Shown: positions 20,161 through 30,521 of the stretch, in pieces
Layout: each line of letters starts with the position of its first letter
Position numbering within the stretch: the stretch's first letter is position 1
Assembly (NCBI GenBank): GCA_040902005.1
Contig: JBBDYA010000045.1
Span: forward strand, 26,747-90,746
Direction of reading: 5' to 3'
Origin: Gemmatimonadaceae bacterium
GTDB taxonomy: Bacteria > Gemmatimonadota > Gemmatimonadetes > Gemmatimonadales > Gemmatimonadaceae
DNA: 64,000 nucleotides
Translations under genes and position numbers: made by a program
Notes under the pieces: generated by a model
What the model was told of the DNA's origin: nothing
The model's input: only the letters and a program-made list of their open reading frames with translations
Database searches by the model: none

Positions 20161-20517
20161 CTACGCGCTAAAGGAACTGCCGCAGCCGCAGCCGCCGGTT
20201 GAATTGGGGTTCTTGAACGTGAAGCCGGATCCCTGCATCGAGGTCACATAGTCGATGTTCACGCCATTGATGTACTGCGCGGAGAAGGGATCGACAAAGA
20301 CGTTCCAGCCGCCCTGGTCGATGACGAGGTCATCTTCGGCGGGGGCGTCTTCGATGAGGAGGCCGTACTTGAACCCGCTGCAACCACCGGGCTGAACGCT
20401 CACGCGCAAGCCGCCGCGCGCCGGATCCACATTCTCGGCGTCCATGAATTTCTTGACTTCGACACTGGCGCCGGGGGTGACCGTCACCATCACGTCAGGC
20501 TGCTGGGTCGTACTCAT
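20161..20517 (-). CDS. A-type Fe-S cluster carrier (IscA/ErpA/HesB family)
   Basis: GGCSGFKY and NPN...CGCGSSF; GGAGGA SD. Confidence 0.93.
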   Translation of the reverse strand: MSTTQQPDVMVTVTPGASVEVKKFMDAENVDPARGGLRVSVQPGGCSGFKYGLLIEDAPAEDDLVIDQGGWNVFVDPFSAQYINGVNIDYVTSMQGSGFTFKNPNSTGGCGCGSSFSA

Positions 20518-20570
20518 GCTTCCTCCAATTCATTACGCGACAAGTGGTTCCACCGCGCGACCAGGAGCGA

Positions 20571-20599
20571 AATATACGTGGTTTACCGGGGTGCTTCAA
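20571..20599 (-). promoter_or_regulatory. sigma70-type promoter upstream of the A-type carrier gene
   Basis: Minus strand TTGAAG-N17-TATATT. Confidence 0.6.
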
Positions 20600-20619
20600 G
20601 AATGAGACCGGCCGACCGA

Positions 20620-22391
<1,772 letters not shown>

Positions 22392-22395
<4 letters not shown>

Positions 22396-23600
22396 CGTAA
22401 CCCGTGGTTGAGGGTCAGTCCGAGTTGCTGCCGCCGCGCCGTCACGACCACATCCGCCAGTCTCCGCCGAACTCCGGTAATTCCAGGATTGTCCCGCGTC
22501 GGGTTCACCCGGTTGGACAGGAGAATGATGAACAGGTCCAGCGCGGGGTCGATCGCGATTGACGTGCCCGTGAATCCCGTATGGCCGAAGGCGCGGGAAG
22601 ACATGTAGCTGCCGGCCCAGGAGGACGATGGGAACCGGTCACGCATCCCGTCGCGTTCCGGCTTCTGCCAGCCCAGGGCACGGTTGGACAGCGTCGAATC
22701 CGCATATCGCGTGAACAGGTCGATGGTGCGGTCGTCGAGCACCCGCACCGAATCCAGTCGTCCGCCTCGCAACAGCATCATCGCGAACCGCGAGAGGTCC
22801 GCACCCGTGCTGAACAGCCCGGCGTGCGCCGCAACGCCTCCAAGATAGTACGCCCGTTCATCGTGGACGGCGCCCCGCACCAATCCGCCGCGCAGGGTAT
22901 CGATCTCCGTGGGCGCGATACGCGAGCGCAGCTCCGGCGGTGGGCGAAACATCGTCTCGCGCAACCCCAGTGGCCCGAAGAGTCGCTCCGCCGCGAGCGC
23001 GTCGAGTCGCGCGGAGCCGAGTGTCTCCACGACGCGTCCGAGGACGAATGCGCCGATATCGGAGTACACGGTGCGGTTTCCAGCCGGACGCTCGAGCTCC
23101 GTGAGGAACAGCAGCATCGCGAGGCTGTCGGGGTTCCGGGTCTGCTGATCATAGGGGCGAAAGGCGGGCAGCCCACTCGTATGGGTGAGCAGATGCCGCA
23201 CGCTCACCAGTTCCTTGCCCGGACCTGTCCACAGGGGCAGATAGCGTTGCACCGGCCTGTCGAGGTCGAGTTCGCCGCGCTCCGCCAGCTGGGCCGCGAG
23301 CATCGTGGTGGCCAGAACCTTGGTCAGCGACGCCAGATCCCAGAGGGTATGTCGGTCCGGCTGCGGCGACTCCGACCAGTCCAGTTGCCCGACGCCGAGC
23401 TCGTACAGCGCGCCGTGCGCGTTCCCGATCACCACGTACGCGCCCGGGAACGCGCGTTCGTTCACCGCGGCGTTCAACAGGACAGGGACGGAGTCCCGGA
23501 GCGTGCGCGTGAACGCGGTCACTGCCGCCTCGGGCCGCCCATGCGGAGGGTGCTGCGCGCATGCCGCTGCCACGTACCCGAGCAGCAGCGTCGCGCATGT
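22392..23600 (-). CDS. Serine hydrolase, beta-lactamase class C/AmiE-like, probable lipoprotein (start codon uncertain)
   Basis: SxxK (ASLTK), LLTHTSG, YSD, GHTGFTG, LSNRV; hydrophobic segment ending AAAC. Confidence 0.85.
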
Positions 23601-23697
23601 TACTTGCGTTGCCGAGGCCGCTATGCTTGGTGCAGAAGCACCCCGCGCGCGCCATCGCGCCCGGATCGGATTACCACGTAACGACCAGGAGAATCGC

Positions 23698-24024
23698 ATG
23701 CGAGCCATCCTTGCGGCCACGTTGTTGTTCGCCACAGCCTGTGGGCCCCGGCAGGTGGAAGTCCAATCCGCTCCAACGCAGACCGCGGATGTGGCCATCC
23801 ACTTCACCAACAATCTGACGCAGGCCGTGAATGTGTACGTCGCCAGCGGCGGCAGCGACCTGTTCGTCCGGCAGGTGTCCGCCAACACATCGGAACACCT
23901 GCCGGTGCAGGGAGTTGCCACCGGAACGAACGTAACGCTCAAGGCGACGACCATCGATGGCGCTCGAACCTACTCGCGGACAGGCGTCACGATGAGCGGC
24001 ACCGTTACCTGGCGCGTTCCGTGA
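23698..24024 (+). CDS. Small lipoprotein of unknown function (beta-rich)
   Basis: AGGAG SD, MRAILAATLLFATA-C lipobox. Confidence 0.75.
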   Translation: MRAILAATLLFATACGPRQVEVQSAPTQTADVAIHFTNNLTQAVNVYVASGGSDLFVRQVSANTSEHLPVQGVATGTNVTLKATTIDGARTYSRTGVTMSGTVTWRVP

Positions 24025-24033
24025 GCGACTTTG

Positions 24034-24062
24034 TTGCTACAACTCTGTGAGGGAGATACTTT
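24034..24062 (+). promoter_or_regulatory. sigma70-type promoter for the phosphotransferase-ino1 operon
   Basis: TTGCTA-N17-TACTTT. Confidence 0.5.
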
Positions 24063-24137
24063 TACGGGCCGGAGCGCTGCGAGCGTTGCTCCGGCCCTTT
24101 GCTTTGTAGAGGCCTCCTCGGCCGTCCCCGGAGCTGC

Positions 24138-24854
24138 ATGCAGATCTTGCCGGACTGGCTGAAAAATCGATACCTGAGCCTGATGGAACCGATCGCGGAC
24201 TGGCTCGTGCGCCGCCGCGTTCATCCCAATTCCATTACGGTCGTCGGCACTCTCTTCATGGTCGCCGGCGGCGTACTCTACGGCACCGGCCACATCATGT
24301 CCGGCGGCTGGCTCATCGGCCTGACCGCCCTCACGGACGTGCTGGACGGGATGGTGGCCCGCCGCGGCAAGACGGAGTCGGTGTTCGGGGCGTTCCTCGA
24401 CTCATCACTCGATCGCGTCGCGGATGGCGCCGTCCTGGGTGGACTCGCGGTGTTCTACGCCCTGAGTCCGCAGCATCAGAGCGTTCCAATGGTGGTGGTG
24501 TGCCTCGCCGGCATCGTGGGGGCCTTTCTCACCTCATACACTCGGGCGCGCGCAGAGGCGCTCGGCTTCGACGCGAAAGTGGGGATGCTCCAGCGTCCCG
24601 AGCGCGTCGTGCTCCTCTCGGCGCCGCAGGCGCTGTTCGGCCTGACCCTGAACGGATGGGTACTGGCGATTATCATCAACATCCTCACCGTGACCGCGTG
24701 GATTACGGTGGTCCAGCGCGTCAAGTACGTGTACGACCGCACACGACCGTCGCCGCCGGATCTGGCGGACGAGGCCGAACCAACCAATTACAGACTCTGG
24801 GACCGGCCGTCGCGTCGCGACACGACCGCGAGGCCCGCCCTGAAAGGAGAGTGA
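24138..24854 (+). CDS. CDP-alcohol phosphatidyltransferase (phosphatidylinositol-phosphate synthase-like)
   Basis: HPNSIT, DVLDGMVAR...FGAFLDSSLDRVAD signature, SYTRARAE, G.LQRPER. Confidence 0.88.
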   Translation: MQILPDWLKNRYLSLMEPIADWLVRRRVHPNSITVVGTLFMVAGGVLYGTGHIMSGGWLIGLTALTDVLDGMVARRGKTESVFGAFLDSSLDRVADGAVLGGLAVFYALSPQHQSVPMVVVCLAGIVGAFLTSYTRARAEALGFDAKVGMLQRPERVVLLSAPQALFGLTLNGWVLAIIINILTVTAWITVVQRVKYVYDRTRPSPPDLADEAEPTNYRLWDRPSRRDTTARPALKGE

Positions 24855-24859
24855 CCCGA

Positions 24860-26194
24860 GTGCAGGGAACGTCCACCGCCAGCCGTGCGGCTTCCATCCG
24901 ACCGGCGACCGGCCGCCTCGGCGTGCTTACCCCGGGGCTCGGCGCCGTTGCGACGACGTTCATGGCCGGGGCGGAGAGCATCCGCCGCGGCCTGTCAAAG
25001 CCCATTGGCTCGCTCACGCAGATGGCGACCATTCGCCTGGGCAAACGCACCGACAACCGCGTACCGCTGATCAAGGACTTCGCCCCTCTGGCCACGCTCG
25101 GAGACCTCGTGTTCGGCGCCTGGGACCCGATTCCGGATGACGCCTATACCGCGGCCAAGAAGGCGGGCGTGCTGGAGGACCGCGACCTCGAGCCGATCGC
25201 CGATTTCCTGAAGGGCATCAAGCCGATGCCAGCGGTCTTCGAGAACCGGTATGTGACCCGCATCAACGGCAGCAACGTCAAGACGGGAAAGACCAAGCGC
25301 GATCTGGCCGAGCAGCTCCGCGCGGACATGCGGGAGTTCAAGGCGAAGAACAAGTGTGACCGGCTGGTCATCGTCTGGTGTGCGTCCACGGAGATCTTCA
25401 TTGCGCCGGGGCCACAACATCAGACCATCGCGGCCTTCGAGAAGGCCATGGAGGCCAACGACGAGGCGATCGCGCCGTCGATGCTCTATGCCTGGGCCGC
25501 CATCATGGAGGGCATCCCATACTGCAATGGCGCCCCCAATCTTGCCGTGGACACCCTCGCGCTGCAGCAACTCGCGCTGGACAAAGGGGTGCCGATTTCG
25601 GGCAAGGATTTCAAGACCGGCCAGACCTGGATGAAGACCGTCATCGCGCCCGGACTCAAGGCGCGCATGCTGGGGCTCGAAGGATGGTATTCGACGAACA
25701 TTCTGGGGAACCGGGATGGCGAGGTGCTGGATGACCCTGCCTCCTTCAAGACCAAGGAAGAATCCAAGCTGAGCGTCCTCCACACGATTCTTCAGCCGGA
25801 GTTGTATCCGGACCTCTACGAAGGGTTCTCCCACGTTGTGCGCATCAATTACTACCCGCCGCGCGGCGACAACAAGGAAGGCTGGGACAACATCGACATC
25901 GTCGGCTGGATGGGGTATCCCATGCAGATCAAGGTGAACTTTCTTTGTCGCGACTCCATTCTGGCGGCGCCCATCGTGCTCGATCTCGCGCTGTTCAGCG
26001 ATTTCGCGCATCGCGCCGGCATGAAGGGGATCCAGGAATGGTTAAGCTTCTATTACAAATCGCCCATGGCCGCTGCCGGGCTCCAGCCCGAGCATGATCT
26101 TTTCATCCAGCAGACGAAGCTGAAGAACACGCTCCGGCACCTCATGGGCGAGGATCAGATCACGCATCTGGGGCTGGAGTATTACCAATCGTAG
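24860..26194 (+). CDS. ino1: myo-inositol-1-phosphate synthase
   Basis: GLGAVATT, WCASTE, GKDFKTGQT, STNILGNRDG, GDNKEGWD, CRDSILAAP; AAGGAG SD (alternative GTG 24851). Confidence 0.93.
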   Translation: MQGTSTASRAASIRPATGRLGVLTPGLGAVATTFMAGAESIRRGLSKPIGSLTQMATIRLGKRTDNRVPLIKDFAPLATLGDLVFGAWDPIPDDAYTAAKKAGVLEDRDLEPIADFLKGIKPMPAVFENRYVTRINGSNVKTGKTKRDLAEQLRADMREFKAKNKCDRLVIVWCASTEIFIAPGPQHQTIAAFEKAMEANDEAIAPSMLYAWAAIMEGIPYCNGAPNLAVDTLALQQLALDKGVPISGKDFKTGQTWMKTVIAPGLKARMLGLEGWYSTNILGNRDGEVLDDPASFKTKEESKLSVLHTILQPELYPDLYEGFSHVVRINYYPPRGDNKEGWDNIDIVGWMGYPMQIKVNFLCRDSILAAPIVLDLALFSDFAHRAGMKGIQEWLSFYYKSPMAAAGLQPEHDLFIQQTKLKNTLRHLMGEDQITHLGLEYYQS

Positions 26195-26267
26195 CGGACC
26201 CGCGAACGGCAATTCCCCCCGGGATGGTCGGCAGGCGACGTTCAGCGTGGTTCCGGGAGCGGACACA

Positions 26268-26687
26268 GTGCGCAGACTGACGTTGATCGCCGTTGCCCTC
26301 GTGGCGACCGCGTGCGGACCACGTGAGCCGCGGCAGCGCGACATGCGAATGATGAGCGAGCGGTATCTGTTTTCCGTCATGCCGCACCAATCGCCGCCGC
26401 ATGCCCGCGAGGCCATCCTCTACAAGGTCGTCGTTCGGGACCGCGAGAGTCGCCAGCCCATCGAGGCGGGTGAGGGGCAGATCTATGCAAACAACGAGGA
26501 CGGGGCGAGCACCTGGGACGGGTTTGCCAAAGGTGCCGAGGTGGGCACGTACTACGGCAAACTGAACTTCGTGACCTCCGGTGTCTGGGCGGTGGCCATC
26601 CGGTTCCGCCGGGATTCACTCCACCCGCTCGAGACGATCGACTGGATGCAGGACGTACTCAATGAACGCGAGGGCCCGATTCCCTGA
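26268..26687 (+). CDS. Lipoprotein of unknown function (Ig-like/YtkA-like pattern)
   Basis: RRLTLIAVALVATA-C lipobox; GTYYGKLNFVTSGVW pattern. Confidence 0.7.
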   Translation: MRRLTLIAVALVATACGPREPRQRDMRMMSERYLFSVMPHQSPPHAREAILYKVVVRDRESRQPIEAGEGQIYANNEDGASTWDGFAKGAEVGTYYGKLNFVTSGVWAVAIRFRRDSLHPLETIDWMQDVLNEREGPIP

Positions 26688-26980
26688 TGCGACACTTCTT
26701 TCGTTCCCACCTTCCGCCGCAGGACGTGCTGGGGCACGCCGATGCGTTCTTCCCGCGGATCAGTCTCGTTCCGCTGGCGACCGCCGCGCGGGCGCGCACC
26801 TTTTCCGGTCCGCTTGGGGTCCTGAAACTCACGGTCAAGGCGGAAGGCGGCCACTACACGTTCGTCGAGGCGCACACCGATCAGATGGGAGAGAGCCGGC
26901 TTGACCGGAACGTGAAGCGCTTTTTCGTGGCGCTGCATCGCACGGAGGATCCGCGGCACGCGCCCGAGGCCGCATACTGA
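26687..26980 (+). CDS. Hypothetical protein
   Basis: TGATG coupling with upstream gene, globular composition, GC3-biased codons. Confidence 0.7.
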   Translation: MRHFFRSHLPPQDVLGHADAFFPRISLVPLATAARARTFSGPLGVLKLTVKAEGGHYTFVEAHTDQMGESRLDRNVKRFFVALHRTEDPRHAPEAAY

Positions 26981-27008
26981 TGGCCCGTTTCGCGATGCGC
27001 ACGGCCGC

Positions 27009-27299
27009 ATGACGACCGGTCCGCGGGAACCGCTCGCACCGCCGGAGACCATTTGGCCATATATTGGGGTCGGCTGTCTCACTACGGTCGTCGGATTCTT
27101 CGGCGGCGGCATGATTGCCGTCCTGGTGGGGAAAGTCGTTGATGGCATCACGGGATGCCGCCCCGCCGACGGGCTCCCGGCCTGTCTGTGGTGGCGCTAT
27201 GTGTTGATCGGCGGACTCATCGGAGGCATCGGGCTTCCCGTCATGGCGCTTGTCCGCATGCGGCGTGGTCGGCGGGCACCAACGGATGCAACCAGGTAA
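27009..27299 (+). CDS. Hypothetical 2-TM membrane protein
   Basis: Two hydrophobic helices flanking a loop with a Cys pair (GCRPADGLPAC). Confidence 0.65.
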   Translation: MTTGPREPLAPPETIWPYIGVGCLTTVVGFFGGGMIAVLVGKVVDGITGCRPADGLPACLWWRYVLIGGLIGGIGLPVMALVRMRRGRRAPTDATR

Positions 27300-27308
27300 G
27301 GAGGGGCG

Positions 27309-28640
27309 GTGGCACGCGTAGACGTGGTCATGCCGCAGATGGGCGAGTCCATCGCGGAGGGGACCCTTTCGAAGTGGCTCAAGAAGGTCGGCGATCCCGT
27401 CAAGCGGGACGAGCCGATCTTCGAGATTTCCACCGACAAGGTGGACGCCGAGATCCCGGCGCCCACGAGCGGAACGCTGGCCGAGATCATCGTGACCGAG
27501 GGTCAGACGGTCCCGGTCTCGACGGTGGTTGCCCGGCTGGAAACGGAAGTCGGTGCGGCTGTGGCAGCTCCGGCTGCGCCCGTCGCCGCACCCGTCGGTA
27601 CTCCCGCCGCCGCTCCCGTGTCGGCCGCCGTCCCGAAGCAGCCAGCGAGCGCGGCCCGGCCTCAGGGCTCGGACCCAGGGGCTCTCCGCGGCAATGGCAA
27701 CTCCCTGGAAGACCGTCTGCGCACGAAGTCGTCTCCGCTCGTGCGGAAAATTGCCGCCGAACACGGCATCGAGATCGCTTCGCTTCAGGGAAGCGGCCTT
27801 GCCGGCCGCGTGACCAAGCGGGACATCATGCAGGTTCTCGAATCGGGCGCTGACGCCCGTGGGACGCGACCGTCCATGCATGCGCCGTCGGGCGCGGACA
27901 CGCACGCGCCGAACGTGGCGCCCTGGCCCGGTGATGTCGTCGAGAACATGTCCAAGATCCGTCGGCTCACCAGCGATCACATGGTGGTGGCCCGGCGGCA
28001 TGCGGCGCACGTCACGTCCTTCTTCGAGATCGACCTGACGCGGATCGCGCGCCTGCGGCAGAAGATGCGCGCGGAGTTCGCGCAGCAGACCGGGCAGAAG
28101 CTCACCTATCTGCCCTTCATCATTCGGGTGGTCGTGGACGCGCTGAAGCAGCATCCCGTGTTGAATGCGGCGCACACGGGGGGGGGGTCGCAGATCATCT
28201 ACCGCAAGCAGTACAACGTCGGCATTGCCGTGGCGCTCGACTGGGGGCTCATCGTCCCGGTCATCCACCGCGCGGATGACCTGTCGCTATCGGGTTTGAC
28301 GCGATCGGTGAACGACCTCGCGGATCGGGCACGCGCCAAGCGGCTGAAGCCCGAAGAGGTGCAGGGTGCCACCTTCACCATCACGAATCCGGGTGTCTTC
28401 GGGTCGGTGATGGGGACGCCGATCATTCCCGCGGGGACGTCAGCCATCCTGGGGCTGGGCGCGATCGAGAAGCGTCCCAAGGTGATGACAGGACCCGATG
28501 GAGACGACGTGATCGCCATTCGCACCTGTGCCTATTTTTCCCTGTCATTCGACCATCGCATCGTGGACGGCTCCGATGCGGACAAGTTCCTTGCGACGGT
28601 CAAGCAGGGACTCGAGAACTACACGGAACCGGCGGTCTGA
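27309..28640 (+). CDS. 2-oxoacid dehydrogenase E2 dihydrolipoamide acyltransferase (SucB-like)
   Basis: Lipoyl domain MPQMGES...STDKVDAEIP, peripheral-subunit-binding SPLVRKIAAEHG, catalytic DHRIVDG; AAGGAGG SD. Confidence 0.92.
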   Translation: MARVDVVMPQMGESIAEGTLSKWLKKVGDPVKRDEPIFEISTDKVDAEIPAPTSGTLAEIIVTEGQTVPVSTVVARLETEVGAAVAAPAAPVAAPVGTPAAAPVSAAVPKQPASAARPQGSDPGALRGNGNSLEDRLRTKSSPLVRKIAAEHGIEIASLQGSGLAGRVTKRDIMQVLESGADARGTRPSMHAPSGADTHAPNVAPWPGDVVENMSKIRRLTSDHMVVARRHAAHVTSFFEIDLTRIARLRQKMRAEFAQQTGQKLTYLPFIIRVVVDALKQHPVLNAAHTGGGSQIIYRKQYNVGIAVALDWGLIVPVIHRADDLSLSGLTRSVNDLADRARAKRLKPEEVQGATFTITNPGVFGSVMGTPIIPAGTSAILGLGAIEKRPKVMTGPDGDDVIAIRTCAYFSLSFDHRIVDGSDADKFLATVKQGLENYTEPAV

Positions 28641-28642
28641 AC

Positions 28643-28909
28643 ATGCCTGCGAGATCATTGGAAGTTGGCGGCCGAACCTGGCGCGTGTTTCCATCCGGCC
28701 AGGTGACGCAATACGACCGCGACGAGTTCGCGCTGCTGTTCGTGACGGACGCCAACGAGGCGCGCGAGGTCCGGGTCACCCGCTATTCGCCAGTCGGCAC
28801 GCGGTCGCGCGAGCAATCGCTCGCGGAACTGACGGATGGGGATCTGGCGCGGCTGTTCAAGGAATCGCAGCCAGGGGCGACGTCACCCGAAGCGAACTAT
28901 ACGTCGTGA
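28643..28909 (+). CDS. Hypothetical protein
   Basis: Fills the gap between E2 and PHP genes, GTGA overlap downstream, plausible composition. Confidence 0.7.
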   Translation: MPARSLEVGGRTWRVFPSGQVTQYDRDEFALLFVTDANEAREVRVTRYSPVGTRSREQSLAELTDGDLARLFKESQPGATSPEANYTS

Positions 28910-29772
28910 GTGACGCCTCGCTCGGGGGACCACTCCCCGAGTTCATCGACCTGCACACGCACTCCACGGCATCGGACGGAGCGCGCAAGCCGGCGGACGT
29001 CGTCCGCGCGGCGCGCGCGGCCGGACTTGCCGCGCTTGCGCTCACGGACCACGACACGCTCTCGGGCATCCCCGAAGCCACTGCGATGGGCGCGGAGCTG
29101 GGGATTCGGATCATTCCCGGCATCGAGTTGAGCGCGGTCGACGGCGACGTGGAGACGCACGTCCTCGGGCTGCACCTCTCGCACGCACAGGAGATGGAGC
29201 ATCGCCTGGTGGAGATCCGCGAGATGCGGGTATCGCGCGCGTCGCGCATGGTCGAGCGCCTGAACGCGCTGGGCATACCGGTCGCGTTCGATGCGGTGCT
29301 CGCGGAGGCCGCCGGGGGCGCGGTGGGGCGCCCGCATGTGGCGCGAGCGATCATCGCGGGCGGATGGTGTCGCGACTTCCGGGAAGCATTCGAGCGGTAT
29401 CTCGGGAACGGCAAGCTGGCGTTCGTTGCCAAGGACAGCCTGCCGCTTGCGGACGCCATCGCACTGATCCATCGGGCTGGCGGCATCGCGGTGCTCGCGC
29501 ATCCCGGCGGGAGCGCCCCGCGTGAGCGCGTTGCGTTGCTCGTGGGGCAGGGCCTGGACGGGCTTGAGGTGCTCCATCCCGGACATTCGTGGGACGAGTC
29601 ACAGCGGCTCGACGCCCTGGTGTCCGAGTTCGACCTGGTTCGCAGTGGCGGTTCCGACTGGCACGGCGCCACGGACGGGTCCCGGTCACTCGGGATGATG
29701 CGCGTGCCCCATCAATGGCTGCGGGCACAGGAGGCGCGCGCGGCTACGATCGGTTCGCGCCGCGTCGCCTGA
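28906..29772 (+). CDS. PHP-domain phosphoesterase (TrpH/YciV-like)
   Basis: DLHTHSTASDG, LTDHD, GIELS, GRPHVA, AHP, GGSDWHG. Confidence 0.9.
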   Translation: MSDASLGGPLPEFIDLHTHSTASDGARKPADVVRAARAAGLAALALTDHDTLSGIPEATAMGAELGIRIIPGIELSAVDGDVETHVLGLHLSHAQEMEHRLVEIREMRVSRASRMVERLNALGIPVAFDAVLAEAAGGAVGRPHVARAIIAGGWCRDFREAFERYLGNGKLAFVAKDSLPLADAIALIHRAGGIAVLAHPGGSAPRERVALLVGQGLDGLEVLHPGHSWDESQRLDALVSEFDLVRSGGSDWHGATDGSRSLGMMRVPHQWLRAQEARAATIGSRRVA

Positions 29773-29777
29773 GGGGT

Positions 29778-30509
29778 ATGGAACTCCGCGACAGGATAGC
29801 ACTGGTAACGGGGGCCGGCCGTCGGGTGGGCCGCGCGCTTGCGCTGGCCCTTGCGTCGCGCGGATGCCGAGTCGCCGTCCACTACAACGCGAGCGAACGC
29901 GGCGCGCGGGACGTGCTCGCCGAGATCGAGGCGCGCGGCGGCAATGGCGCGATCTTCGGCGCGGATCTGTCCACGCCGGACGCACCGGCGGCGTTGATCG
30001 ACCGTGTGGCCGCGGCCTTCGGCGCGCTGGACGTGCTGGTCAACTCCGCGGCGATCATGGAACGCACGCCCTTCGGCGAGGTGACGGCCGCAACCTGGGA
30101 CCGCATCCTCGCGATCAACCTGCGCGCGCCATTTCTCCTGGCACAGGCCGCGTCGCCCCACCTGCGCGCGTCGCGAGGCGCGATCATCAACATTGCCGAC
30201 CTGGGCGCGTACGAAACCTGGCCGGGATATCTGCCGCATGGCATCTCCAAGTCCGGGGTCGTGCACATGACCAGGGGCCTGGCGCGCGTGCTCGCTCCCG
30301 AGGTCCGGGTGAATGCGATTGCGCCAGGTACCGTCCTGCTGCCGGATGACTGGGGCACCGCGGACGAGGAGCGCCTGAATCGCACCACGCCGTTGGCGCG
30401 CCAGGGCACTCCGGACGACGTGGCGTCCGCGATGGTCTTCCTGCTGGAGGCCGACTACGTCACCGGTGAAACCATCATCGTGGACGGCGGCCGTCATATC
30501 CGACGATAG
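29778..30509 (+). CDS. SDR oxidoreductase, pteridine reductase/FolM-like
   Basis: TGAGRRVG, VAVHYNAS, LVNSA, VNAIAPG, YVTGETIIVDGG. Confidence 0.85.
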   Translation: MELRDRIALVTGAGRRVGRALALALASRGCRVAVHYNASERGARDVLAEIEARGGNGAIFGADLSTPDAPAALIDRVAAAFGALDVLVNSAAIMERTPFGEVTAATWDRILAINLRAPFLLAQAASPHLRASRGAIINIADLGAYETWPGYLPHGISKSGVVHMTRGLARVLAPEVRVNAIAPGTVLLPDDWGTADEERLNRTTPLARQGTPDDVASAMVFLLEADYVTGETIIVDGGRHIRR

Positions 30510-30521
30510 ATTACAGGGGTC

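Noticed and set aside
26196..26255. Imperfect long stem-loop after ino1
   Set aside because: Interrupted pairing in GC-rich sequence, no U-tract and no recognisable RNA family
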